This document shows positions 1 to 13,183 of a stretch of 64,000 nucleotides of DNA, piece after piece. The stretch comes from Camelus ferus (lineage: Eukaryota): NCBI RefSeq assembly GCF_009834535.1, contig NC_045696.1, positions 61,258,001-61,322,000 on the forward strand. Direction: 5' to 3'. Position numbers and translations under genes: made by a program. The notes under the pieces are model-generated. The model made no database searches. It saw nothing but the letters and a program-made list of their open reading frames with translations, and was not told the origin of the DNA. How positions within the stretch are numbered: the stretch's first letter is position 1; each line of letters starts with the position of its first letter.

Positions 1-351
1 CTAAAAGGTCAATTCTGGATTCAAACTTGTATGAATTAAGTTTATAGGAGATAACATGCAAATAAGGGATAAAGTTCAATTCATTTGACAACAGCAAACA
101 TTATAAATGTATGCTATTATCCCACTAAACAGACGACCTGGGGAAACCACAAATACAACAAAATATTAGGTTTAAAAACAAAGAATGTTGAAGGAAGTAA
201 TTTTCCAGTGGTTGAAGTTATCCACCAAATATGCTTCATGACCACAAAATTTTCTGCCACTAAAACTAAAAGATAGAGAATTATAGAGAGCTGGGAATAC
301 ATGTTAGATACTAACGATCTTCAAGCTTTGAAGATGTCATTGCATGAAGAC

Positions 352-380
352 AATTATGGGAAACACTGTTCCCGATAATT
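352..380 (-). promoter_or_regulatory. Iron-responsive element E
   Basis: AAUUAU-C-GGGAA-CAGUGU-UUCCC-AUAAUU. Confidence 0.98.
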
Positions 381-383
381 ACG

Positions 384-398
384 TACACCCTTAGTGTA
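384..398 (-). promoter_or_regulatory. Non-IRE hairpin between IRE D and E
   Basis: UACAC-UAAGG-GUGUA. Confidence 0.7.
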
Positions 399-400
399 AC

Positions 401-425
401 ATATGGAGATCACTGTCTCCGATAT
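401..425 (-). promoter_or_regulatory. Iron-responsive element D
   Basis: AUAU-C-GGAGA-CAGUGA-UCUCC-AUAU. Confidence 0.97.
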
Positions 426-434
426 AGACACTGT

Positions 435-457
435 GGTAGGCAAAAACTACCTTGTTC
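435..457 (-). promoter_or_regulatory. GAACAAG element plus non-IRE hairpin between IRE C and D
   Basis: mRNA GAACAA-GGUAG-UUUUUGC-CUACC; position matches the known TfR1 instability determinant. Confidence 0.75.
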
Positions 458-462
458 TTTAT

Positions 463-493
463 ACATTATGGAAGACACTGCTCCCGATAATGT
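463..493 (-). promoter_or_regulatory. Iron-responsive element C
   Basis: ACAUUAU-C-GGGAG-CAGUGU-CUUCC-AUAAUGU. Confidence 0.98.
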
Positions 494-855
494 GAGTTAG
501 GTTTGTGACAAAGGTACTGGAAATTTTGCAAAATCGAATTAAAGTTACACCTTAGATAAACTGAGCTGTAAAATTTTGCACATATGAGTACAATCACAGC
601 CTTTAAGTGACATTAATTTATAACTTGGTCACAATTCATTGCATTTCGGAGAACTGCCTAATCTGGTTGGCTAGATAGACGTCTAACTTGATTAGCAACC
701 ACTGATTAAATTTAATTCTTCTCTAAGATTTAGCTTTATAAATTTTATTTTGCTTGCAGTTGTTTTCTAACACCCTCAGGTGTTGACCATATATGCAAAA
801 CTTCCAGTATCTGTTGGGTTTTACTAGCAGATGCTGCTTTTATTTAAAAAAAAAC

Positions 856-870
856 GACAGTATAACTGTC
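856..870 (-). promoter_or_regulatory. Non-IRE decay hairpin after IRE B (CDE-like, Roquin-type)
   Basis: GACAGU-UAU-ACUGUC: 6-bp stem with Py-Pu-Py triloop. Confidence 0.8.
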
Positions 871-903
871 ATAATTATGGAAGGCACTGCTTCCGATAAT
901 TAT
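871..903 (-). promoter_or_regulatory. Iron-responsive element B
   Basis: AUAAUUAU-C-GGAAG-CAGUGC-CUUCC-AUAAUUAU. Confidence 0.98.
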
Positions 904-925
904 CTTCTATAAAAAAAAAAACACC

Positions 926-954
926 ATTTATAGTGAACTCTGTCACTGATAAAT
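926..954 (-). promoter_or_regulatory. Iron-responsive element A (variant CAGAGU loop)
   Basis: mRNA AUUUAU-C-AGUGA-CAGAGU-UCACU-AUAAAU: C-bulge, 5-bp upper stem, hexaloop. Confidence 0.95.
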
Positions 955-1793
955 AAACAATAAATATCTCAGTGCCAAAATGACAGGAAGCTTTTCCAAA
1001 AAATTAACACTTTGGCCAGAATTTGGCAGTGTGTTCTTTAAAGTCTGACAAACTGAGTATGAAATTAAACACCTAAAACTGGTTCTCTTTCAAAATACCT
1101 TGAAAAAACAAAAAACAACAAAAAACTAACAAAGGCTTATGGGACAGGGGACAGAAGAAAAGAAAATATACTAGGTCTTTGGCTTCTGGTATCCTCTTTT
1201 CATTAAGAATCTTAACACATTAAGGCCTTACTCCTGTAATAAACAGTTGAACCTCATTTTACACAGTTGAAGGACCTCTATTTCACACATCACTGGCAGG
1301 AAAACAAGTTTCATCTCTTCTGAAACTGAATGTTTCACTCAGGGATGTGGAAACCAGCTAAATCCTTAAAGGAGACAGATCTCACTTGGAGTAAAGCCTT
1401 ACAACCCAGAATCTCCTAATTAGCATCAAATGAAAATGGAGGATCACACTAAGCTACCACTTTTCACCTTCAGCAGATGTCACCTTCCTCCTCCAATTCA
1501 AACAGATACCAGTTCACATCCTTAGGATTTAGAGCAATAGTTCATGTAACTGGTTCCGACTTTTTCATAACTATAACAGGAAAGATTTTAAGTGGTTATT
1601 CAGTTTAACTTGAAGTGCAGGTACCTATCCTGTATTAAAAGTTGCTGCCTAAAGACATCTAGTAGTACCAAGATGATCATGTAGAATTTTAACAACATTG
1701 GGTTTTGTAGCCCTACTGAAAATTTAGCACAACCAGCACAAGTCTACAAACAACATTACCCTGATGTTCTTAGATAAGTTATGGGTATCACAT

Positions 1794-2036
1794 TTAAAGA
1801 TCATTGTCAATGTCCCAAATGTCACCAGAGAGGGCATTTGCAGCTCCCTGAATAGTCCAAGTTGCTAGAGCCAACTGGTTTTTCAACAGTGTTTGATTAA
1901 AAGCACTGTTATTTTTCCGACGCAGCTTCAAGTGTTCTAGTAAAGCTGATGCAGTGTGAAAGCCAAAACCCCAAAAGATATGTCGGAAAGGAGACTCTCT
2001 TGGAGATACGTAAGGTGAGAGGAAGTGATACTCCAC
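1794..2036 (-). CDS. TFRC: TFRC exon 19 coding part (243 nt incl. stop)
   Basis: [23 protein letters not shown]...[27 protein letters not shown]. Confidence 0.98.
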   Translation of the reverse strand: MEYHFLSPYVSPRESPFRHIFWGFGFHTASALLEHLKLRRKNNSAFNQTLLKNQLALATWTIQGAANALSGDIWDIDNDL

Positions 2037-5000
2037 CTATGAAAACAAAACATACAAGTGTTTACATGGTGCTATAATATTGTTGTGATGAATGGACACG
2101 ATATAGTAAAACAACTGTCATTCTCTCACTTCAAGCGTTAAAATTTCCACAAATTTAAGAATGTTGAGAACCAGGCTACCGATCTTCTAATGTTAAAATT
2201 GTAAAGCAAACTTTCAATTTCTTTGTGAACTCTAACTGCATTGGTTTTTTTTTTTTTTTTTTTTTTGGTTGGAACCTATATATGGAAAGTTTATAACAAG
2301 TTTCCACTGTAATGAAATCTTCTGCTTCTTCCAAGCAGACTAGTATAAAAGCAGCTAAGGGCTGAATTAAACAGAAATAGAGAGAAAATGAACAGCTAAA
2401 AATCATTAACGATCCCTTCTTTGAAATGTTTTTAAAACCTAAAAAAATTAATACTAGGTCAAACATCTCATATTTCCAGTTTAGATATGTTGGCTTTAGA
2501 TCTTGCTAAGAAGTAAAAGTTAAAATTTGTGCTGAAGTCTAGAGCAGCAAAGGATTCTAGGCTCCTGGAATTGTTACTCTACTTTTTAGAAACACAAGAT
2601 TTACCATTTAAAAATGATCATACTTGAGTACCTCCTCTTCTACGAGTTTACTTACTTTCATGATACGGTCATTGATTTCCCTCATAACAAATCTGTTTGT
2701 TCTCTCAGCGTTCTTATAATCTGTTGTTAGTCTGGACGTAGCCCGGAAAAAGTCTCCACGAGCAGAATACAGCCACTGTAGACTCAGACCCATCTCCTGA
2801 AGCAGAAGGACATCAGATCACTACCAGACGTTATATTTCCAAGAATGTTATTCTATATACCTTTCTAAATTTAGGTGTAGTAACTGAAAAGATTCTGATA
2901 AAAGGCAGTGACTCAAGGTTCAGTGAAAGCTAGACTTAAGCATTTGTACAAGAGATTCCAAGCCTATAAACTTGGAGTTTTACAACTAGAGTAATATGGT
3001 TTTATTTAAGCTCAGCAGATAGTACAATTATCCATTCTTAGTCTCCTATGAAAACCGTCCTCAACAAGAAATTTAAAATAATTCGTAAAAGTTTATAATC
3101 CTGGGGGAGGGTATAGCTCAGTGGCAGAGTGCATGCTTAGCATGCACGAGGTACTGGGCTCAATCCCCAGTGTCTCCATTAAGATAAGTAAATAAAGAAA
3201 CTTAATTATCTCCTCCACCCCACAAAAAAACCAATTAAAAAAAAGTATATAACTCTGTGTTGTGTATCCTTTCCATTTCAACCTCCCTATGGTGACAAAC
3301 TTCAAACATTTTGGTTTAACGAACTTCAGAATCTAGTTATTTCCATCTGGTAAGTCCCATTCTCTGATCAGTTGTAATTAGTTTCAAGAAAGCCAATCGT
3401 AATAATTAAGATTAGGTTATCAGTTACTTACTTCACTTACGGGATCTGTTAAAATGACTTCTAATACCATAATACCACCAATTGGAAGCCACTTATTAAC
3501 TTGATTTTTATCAAATGTTTGACTGTCAGACACCAATGATCAACACTGAATAAGAGTTTAACTACTGGCTATGTTCTCTCTCTGTCCGTGTCATCTCTGA
3601 AAGGCATATATGCCCCAAACTCACAGATTCAAAAGTCATAATTGAGATCTTTATATTCTCTAGGTCCAACCTCTTTATGGGTTGCCTGGAATACATGAAC
3701 AAGAGAAAGCTTAACACTGGTTTTGATTGTGAAATACTTGCTGTGGTCTATCCTATATCTATAACCCACAGCCTCCCGACTTCTCTTTCAACTGAATTAT
3801 GGATTCTAAGCAAATGTACTTCACTTCACTTTATAACACAGTTTGGCTACCAATCATGTCTCCCCAAGAACAGCTAAACATTATTCTTCAAACTGCTTGA
3901 TACTTCAGCAGTAAGAACTTGATTTTAATTAGTGCTCACCTTTATGTCTGTTCTGAATTGGCTCATATCCTTCACAAATGAAAGTATTTTGTCGTTATAC
4001 ATCTCATAGTTCAGGTTCAGCTCAACATCATGGATAAGTTTAATCACAAGCTGACCGGCTACTTCTGCTGCTGCACGTAACATTTTGTTCAGCTGAGGAA
4101 CCTCTTGATTCAGGACCTCATAGGTATCCATGGTAGTACCCAAATAAGGGTAATCTGTGTTCTGGAAAACAAAGCTGGGTTAATGTACTCAGCTGGGTCA
4201 TAAGACTAGGAGCCTCAAATTCCGGTTTCCCCATCAAGGTAACAGTAACTATAATTCTTCCTTTGCTTCTAATATATTCCTAGTCCTCCTTCATGTCATA
4301 TTTACTACTTAAAGAAGACAGCACTTTGCTAGTTCCTCTGAACCTAACCTGCCCCTAGAATGACTGCTTTCTTCTAGGACCTACAGAATCCCTGTTCTAC
4401 CACATCATGGACTCTAAACAGATTTCTAGCCAAATTGCTTGAAGTTACATCTTTGTTCTCTTCCCTCTGGGAAGTTTGGCCCGTATTAATGAAAGAATAG
4501 GAGAGCATGCATGAAATGCACTTTCAATATAAAGTGCTACTTTTAGACAGAAATCTACTTTCTTCCTAACTGTGCAGCATTCATCCACTCATATGTTACC
4601 CTTCTAACAAGAATGTTTGATGCTCACAAGGTCTTCTCTCTGTCTTCACTAGACGACTTTAGTAACTATTTCTTCAACTCTATTCCCTACCATTGTCCTT
4701 GATGACAATTTCATTGGCAATCCTTTGGTCTGACCTCAATTCTTTACTTTCAGACTATACCATATACCTCTGAACCAGCATTGCTAGGTTTTTGAGATCT
4801 AAGGAGTCATTAAGTTTTTTAAAACATGACTTTTTTTTAAATATGTATTTTTTATTGAAGTATAGTCAGTTTACAATGTTGTGTCAATTTCTGGTATACA
4901 GCATACCAGTCATACATGACTTCAGTCATAAATGAACATACATATATTCATTTTCATATTCTTTTTCACCATAGTTACTAAAAGATACTGAATATAGTTC

Positions 5001-8000
5001 CCTGTGCTATACAGTATGAATTTGTTATTTGTCTATTTTATATATATTAACTAAAAACATGACTTCTGAAGGTCAATTTAAATCATCCATAAATTCCCTC
5101 AAGCCTAGGACTTGACACTCAGTTCTTCCTAATGTACTAAACAGACAGACATCATGACCAGATATTTCAGTATCATTCATACTGATACTGTAGCAGAAAT
5201 TTAAGGGAATTCCAGCTATGTTAATCTCCAAATCCAGATCTTTCATCACTCCCTCACTTCATGCCTTTCCCATCCTAGTCCCAGGCTAAAACACCCAGTG
5301 GTAAGAAATCTAGGAAGGACCTGGTCTCTACTGGATCAACAATTTGATGGCAAAGTCAACAGCTTCCACCCTGACCTCCTCCTATAGTAACTCTGGGATC
5401 TCTTCACACCTTGGAAGAACCTGCTACAGAGCCAATTTTCCAAATCTAGAACTTTAGCATGCAAGCCTTCAAACCTTAGCACACAAGCCTTCATCATTCT
5501 TTTTACCCTGCCTGGTTTTCAGTGCCTTCTAGTTGGCTCTTGTACCAAGCTCATTAGAAGCCAACTTGGTCAGTTCTAAGCTCTGTGTCTTGAAAATCTT
5601 ACCTCTGTTTGACTTTTGTGCTTTTATCCATTATCCCTGCTTAAGAAACTAACATCTCGGGATAAACATCTACAACCATATTTCAACAGGTATTGAGAAC
5701 AGCATTATCCAGTAGAACTTTCTGTTTGAAGGAAATATTCTACACCTGCACTGTTCAATAGGCCGCCTTGTTATTAAAGCTCATCATACACAACTGAAGA
5801 AGTTTTAGCAAGTAAATTCAAATACTAACTAAGCTCAGATAACAATTTTATGTTAAGACTGATAATAAGGGAGATTATAATAACTACACGCATATAAACT
5901 TCTTAAGACATACCAAGCACTCTAGGAAGCTTGGTCTCAAAATTGACAAAAGAAGATCTAAGATACAATGCTTAGCACTCTTCAGACTTACCTCACAAAA
6001 ACAGAAAGAAACTGCTGGGATTCCAGAATATGCAAGGAAAGGGAAAGCAGCATTATCAAAAGAAAGTTTCTCGCTGCAAGGAAAGCAAGAATGTGTCTTT
6101 AGAAGGTTTTCTAAAGAACAGACTGTGCTACATGCAACCTGCCCTACCCCCAAAGAAATCCTTAAATTCAGTCTCTAGGTACAGGTCAGGTACACTCACT
6201 CCAAGGTTATGTTTAAACCTCTGCCTCACATCGAAGGTGCTACTGAATGACTCTGCTTTTCTATTAGCTATTTATTCACTTTTCTCAACTTACACTTTGT
6301 TGATCCAGTTGCTGTCCCGATATAGAGACAGTCCGGTAACTGGATTTTTCACCTGAAAAATAAGAAATTAATTTATCATTAAAATGAAACTTTCTGGACT
6401 TATTCAAGCTAGTCACTAACATATTTCTCTCTATAAATATTTAAAATATTAAATGTTTATTTTATCTTCTTGATAAGAATTTCTTCAAGGCAGTTAAAAC
6501 AATCCCAAATTTCTGAGGTTATTCCTACCAGGCTCGTGCTGCTAGTTCCTTTACTTATGACGAGAAAAAAAAAATGTTTCCTTCTTAACATTTTAAAGGT
6601 GGTGTCACCACAATTTTAAAAGCCCTCTCTGGCCTTCACGATATGCCTATCTTGTTTCTGGTTTCTTCCTTCTAGCACATTTTATACTGCTGCCAGCCTA
6701 ACCTGCAAACACATTACTGCCCTGTTGGAGACCTTGTAGTAATCCCTAGTTTCCCATGGGATCAAGGTCAAGTTCCCTGACCCTTGTTTCTCTCCAACTT
6801 TAATCACTCCAGGATAGTCTCTAATCCCACAAGGTAAATCTTGTTCCTTGATCATTCAAAACTATGGTCATTCTCCCTGTTTTTATTCAATGAGTATTTC
6901 ATCTGGTCTTATTTAAGTCTTAGGTATAGTTCAAGTTCATTTAAAACTTCCTTAACACTGATTCTACAGAAAACCCCTTATGGGCACCTGCAGTACACTT
7001 AGCCCTCATGTAATTCTCCTATATATTTCTAAGTAGACTACATATTGTTTGAGATCAGAGCCTTCATATATCACCTCCCTCACTTCACATGGTTCAGAAG
7101 GCTTGGGGCAAGTAAGCCAAGAGCATGACTTTAATGCTGCTATAGAATTTATTCTAAAATCCTGTTATTGGTTACTTATAATGGTTTAAATATCAATGTT
7201 TTTCATCCTAATTTTTTGTGTACTTTACATTACACTTTCATAATTAAGTATACTCACATCTTGCATCGTTTTCTCGATAAGCGAATACAACAACGGGCTG
7301 GCAGAAACCCTGAAGTTGTTGGTACCTGCAAAGAGATTATTTTTTCATTGCTCCTTCTCTAGTCAAGCAATTTTCACACTGCTATTTCTACAACTAAAAC
7401 TACTTGGCAAACAGGAAGACAATAATCTAGATCAGTGGCATATACAACAACTATCCTCGTAATGAAGTATACAAGAAAGTGATCGAGGAGTCAAGCTCTT
7501 TATTGCTGCTGACCTAATTTCATTCAACTGAACTCTTACTCTTTGAGTTTGTATATTTAATGTTAATAATTTGTTTTTTGGTAACTTTCTGGTTCACCCA
7601 TGTTAGGGCAGTCCATCTATTAGCTATAGTAAGTTTGCTATAGTCAATACATTCTGCTGGAAAGGTAAAATGGCAATGACTAATAAAATTTAGTTTAAAA
7701 CAACTCCTTCCTTTTTCTTCCCAATGTAGACATTTCATTATTCTCCAGTTCATCCACTGGCTACATCTATACCTTTAATAATACCAAACTCTTTTAGAAG
7801 TTTGATTATCTGGTATCTTTATCCATGTCAATCTAGCACAATGTGAATTAGTCTCTAGAAGTACCATTCTATTGGTATGGTTTAGTTACTTCTGGTCCAA
7901 AATATTGAACTAGTGGTTCTCAAACTTCAGTGCATCAGAATCACTGGAGCGTTGTTCGAACAGTTTGCTGGACTTATGCTCCAGATTCTAATTCAAAAAG

Positions 8001-11000
8001 GCTAGGGTAGGGCTTGAAATTTTGCATTTCTATCAGTTCCCAGGTGATCCTGATGCTGTTGATGTGGGGACCACATTAAGAACCACTGCTCTAGACAAGG
8101 CAATCCACACCCATCCTGTAATTTAACACACTACTTAAGAGAAAGCTAAGTCAATCTTTTGATCTGGTTACGTCCAATGTAAATTGTAAAAACTAGTGCT
8201 GCACACACACAAAAAAGCTTTCTTCTGCTGTTTTATAAGTAATTTATAAACAGCTAATGAAAGGATACTTACCAAGAACAGCTTTGTCCAAATTAATGTA
8301 AGTGAAAGCTTTTAAATGCAACGAGGAAAGGTATCCCTAGAAGAGAAAGAAAAATACTAATGTACTAATATGTATTAATCTAATTCTCACAGACAGTAGC
8401 TATTATTAGAGATTTCTATTTAAATCCGGATTCTATTGAAACTAAATATACAAAGACAAATGATATAATCAACTCTAAAAAGAACACAGTTTCTAGGTAG
8501 CTTAAGCCAACATAAAGTTCAAGAGCCCATTCTGAGTATAGATGATATATAGATAATACCTCTAGCCATTCAGTGGCACCAATAGCTCCAAAGTCTCCAG
8601 CACTCCAGCTGGCAAAGACAATGCTTCTGCTGGGTTTAAACTGACCTAAAAGACAACAGAAAATTTTATCCTGGGAAATGTTATAGGTAGGTAACTAATT
8701 CAAGACTGCAGATGCAAAAATATTTCTTTTCCTTTTGAGGCCCCAGGTGAAAGAACCAAAAAAAGGAGTAAGAATAAATTTCAAAAGTAATTTACAAAGA
8801 ACAGGATAGGAGATTGTTTGCAAATAAGATCTTAAGTACATGGTAGGGAACAGCTTACTAGAAGTCACTCTTGCAACTCCATTCTTGGAGTCTCTTAACT
8901 TCCAGATATTTGGAATCACAGTATAAGTATCTTCTTTAAAGACTGTTTGCTTAGAGGTAAGTCACTTACAACACTAGATTACTTTAAAAATAATTGTTAT
9001 GAAATAGAATTAAAACTCACAAATTTAAGTTGAGGAAAGAGTGAGTTTTCAGAGAAATTACATTAGTGACAGCTACTCTGGGGGCTTATTTGCCACTACC
9101 CTCCATCCCTCCCCTTTCCCTGGGTATGTATTTTTCTGCATTAATGTACTTTTGTATAAAAGTACTGCAACTCACCCTCTGACCCAAAGATTCAGGAATG
9201 TGATGGGGGTTTGCATGTGCAGGTGGGGATAGCGGAGTGGCAAGTACCAAGGAAGAAACACTTGAGCCTTTCTTCCCTAAATGTATTACATATTATTATA
9301 TATTTATAAATCAAATGTATAAATATGTATTCTATATTATATGTATAAATATAATATATAAAATTATATATTATTAGTTTATAACAAAACTATAGAACAT
9401 TAGTACAGAGGTATGACACTGCTTGCTTTCAAATAGATTCCACAGGGACCACGTTAGATTTGCGATATCATTCCAGATAAGTCAAACGAAGACTTTAGGG
9501 CCCAATATAATGCTTTCCAGTGTCTCAGAGAAACTGATGATTCCCTATATGATGAAGACACTGCATAGAAAGCTGTTTCAAAGTCAAAGGCAGATACAAC
9601 AAAATACAAACCTGCTTGGTACTTAAGAATTCAGGGTCTAGCACAAGTGAACCATAAGAATATAGGCAAAAGTGAACAAAGCATATTATAACATTTAGAA
9701 ATACAGATAGCACATAGATGTTCAGGTCCTCAAATTTGTACTCTACCTTTTAAGACCATATCAGAAAGTATCTGGGCAAGTTTCAACAGAAGACCTGTTC
9801 CTACACCGGACTTAGCAGCTCCAGGACCCCAGGCATCCCTCTGGGCCCCTATGACAACATAGCGATCTCAAAAAAAAAAAAAAAAAAAAAAAAGGATAAA
9901 TTAGGTAATCAGTTTTTAAACTGTTTTCTAACTTGAAGTCCAGAATAAGCACATTAGTAGAAGGGTTGAAAAAAAAAATGTATTATGGGTGAGAGAGCCT
10001 TACTTCAGATCTGACTTAGAACTCCAGGGATTAAAAATTCACAAGATGATACTAAGATCTTTTTCCTTATTAGTATTGCTACTCTTTTTTCCTACATTAC
10101 CATTTAAGTTTATTCACTTACTTTTGCAATCTAATAAGCACTGAAGTCCAAGGGCTTTCCTTACTAAATGACTATTCGATTGCATTCAAATAGATAAATC
10201 GGCAAACTACAGCCTTCAGGCCCATCTGTTACATATTGTCTATGGCTGTTTTCATGCTACATTGGCAGAGCTGAAGAGCTGCAACAGACTGTATGGCCTA
10301 CAAAATGTGTATTATTTGCCCCCTTGAGAAGAAATTTGCTTACCTCTGGCCTATTTAGTAACTTAAATGAGATTTTCTAGTCATGATGGTCAATTTTTGA
10401 CAAGTTAATATCCTAGGACTTTATTACCTCCCAATAAAACTGACACCTGAGCAGTTCACTTTAGGACAGCTAAGATTTAGCATTTCACAAAACCAAACCA
10501 AGTCAGCCTTCCTGCACTCCTTCCCTCTGGCCACATCCTTAAGAGTGAAGAAAATAGAAAAAAAAAAACAAAAAACCAAAAACCCCAAGGTCTTTACCTG
10601 GTTCTTCAAAGCCCTTAATAACTCCAAAGACGTTAAAAATCCTTATCTCTTTCAGTACATTGTTCACAGTGAGCTTCACACTCTTATTCTCTGAGGATTC
10701 CAGCTTACATGAAGAGTCTGTTCTCCAACTGGAAGGACAGTCTCCTTCCATATTTCTACAGGTACAAAACAGAGATCAGGGTTCTGAGTTACTGTTACTT
10801 TGCCCAAGTTTACAAAATCATTCCTTCCTACTGTCCAGTAAAGCTCTAGGTTAAGAGGACATATAAAGAGACCATATAAAATTACTCACTAGTGGCCAAA
10901 CATTTGTGTTTTACTTTGCTCTGTAGGTTAGTCATTTGAAAATCATGAGTTACTTCCTAGTTTAACCAATTTTTTTTTAAAAAATGTATTATTTATTCCT

Positions 11001-13146
11001 CATCTGATGTGTGCCTTTCTGCTAGGGACACAGCTATAGTTTACGTTTGAAACAGATACCAAGATGGACTCAGAATGAAGTCCTTATATAAAAGTCCATT
11101 AATATATTATTTCCTAGCTCTCCCCACTAATAGGGGTAGTATATATTCTTATTTCAGTTATAAAATAATACTCTCATGCTGATAGTAGTTAGGTTAGATA
11201 TCTTCTCCTATTTGATTCCTCATGTGTTATGCAACCAATGACTGCTCTAAAAGGGCTTACGTAAATATGTCAAAACATTATTAACCCCCACTTCACAAGA
11301 ATAAGATAGGGAGCTGGCTTCACAGGTCAGGAAAGATTTGTAGGTGGTAGGAAGAATTAGCTGATTCTTAGTCAAAAAGAATCACCTGTTACAAAAACCT
11401 TTTAGACAGCATTATTAATAGTCACATAGGATTTTACAAAGTCCTTACACGTAGATGTAGGCTCTTCATTTGATACCAATAACCTTGCTAAGCAGAATAT
11501 ATTTTAGCTATCCAATGAAGTCGAAGAAACATGACCAGAGGGGGTTAGAGTAACTTGTTCTATGTCACATAGCCAATAAATGCTCACATGAGTGTTTGAA
11601 ACTAGACTGACATCCCATGCCAATACCAAGATAAAAATTAATGATTTGTACTCTAATCAGACTGGGTTCTATTTTTAAAGAGGGATACTAATACATTAGG
11701 GAGGATATTAAAGACTAATTATGAATATAAAGCCTCTGGAAACTGTCATGAGAACTGAGGATATTGAATCTATAGAAAAGGAAACTTGAACCATTCTGTT
11801 GCTAAAAAGAAAATCTAGGACTAATGAGTGTTACAGGGAATAAGATTTCAGCTCATTGTGAATTCTAACAGCTCTCCAATAACTGAATGAGTTGCCATAG
11901 GCAACAAAGTGCTTTACCACAGGAAGTACTCAAGCTATGTGGGGAATATTACACAAGGAATTCACTGGGTAGACTAAACAAGGCCTCCTTGAGTTTATAA
12001 ATCCAATGTCTTATTAAGATCACTTTATGGAAGAAGAATTTCATTTTTATCTATACCAAATTAACAGCCAGCCAACCATCTCCAAAATGTCCCAAATGTG
12101 GAAAATTATAGCCAATTATTTTTAAATGTTATCAAATCAACTTAAACAGATTATTATTTCTCCCTAATCAGAAAACTTGACCCTTCAAGACAGTTTTCAA
12201 ATAAGAAAGAACTTACTCAAATAGCTTTTCTGCACCGGCTCTGGAAATTGTTTGGACAGGTATGTTAGGCAATCCTGATGACTGGGATGGTGGAAACTGA
12301 GTGTGATTGAAAGAAGGGAATCCAGGTGTGTAAGGGTCACCTGTTCCCCGATGAGCCTAGAAAAATAAAAGAGTAATTAGCTCTATCAGACATTTATTCA
12401 AGAAATCCCTATAAGATCCAACTACACTATAAGGCTATAACCTGCGTTTAGTTTAGCAACTTAAAGCCTGAAAGTCTGAGCGGTTCTACAACACACGACT
12501 CTTGTTTTCATATGGCATGTCAAATTCTCAACTCAAGATACTACTGACAGAGTTCTTTTAGCAATAAGTAATAATTAGGCCTCAAAGTCATGTAAGTCAT
12601 CTTTTCACTTACTGCTAAAACTCTCCAAGAAAAAAAGAGTATTTAAGGAAGGCACAGTTCTATTTCTATTAATGCAGATGGAATCTAGCAACAATTTGGA
12701 GAATCCAGTAACTCATTTACTCAAGAAACAAAAACTCACATGTCCAAAAACTGGAAGATTTGCATTAACAACAGGAAATTTAGTCTGGTCCATGTATATC
12801 AAGACACCAATTGCACTGAAACGTTCAGCATTTGCAACCTAAAGAAAAACATGTAAAGCTCAGAAAATGAAGATCTAATCAACCAAAATTAGAATACATA
12901 GTGGACTTATGCTGAAAGACAAAAGGTTACAGAAGACTACACCAGTACTTCCAATGTTTCAAATAGCTTGTCTTAAAATTTAACTTTTTAAAAAATTTTT
13001 AACTGAAATTTTTATTGAGATAATCATAGATTCATCTGCAGTTTTGATAAATAATACAGAGAGGCCTCTCTTGCTCCTTCACCTTCTAAGATGGCCTGCA
13101 CTCTGTCTATGGAGTGTATATCTTTCTAAATAAATCTACTTTTACA

Positions 13147-13183
<37 letters not shown>

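Larger units (their letters stand above)
1..1793 (-). other. TFRC: TFRC 3' UTR (probably continues beyond window start)
   Basis: Follows the stop codon and contains five IREs; the human UTR extends well past IRE E. Confidence 0.9.

Noticed and set aside
429..433. Extra CAGUG between IRE C and D as a sixth IRE
   Set aside because: No 5-bp upper stem with a C-bulge around it.
3103..3175. tRNA-Ala-like sequences (also 29600-29665, 38302-38372, 43007-43080, 56344-56415) as tRNA genes
   Set aside because: Each has a shared non-tRNA A-rich tail and/or target-site duplications and a broken acceptor stem: these are SINE heads.
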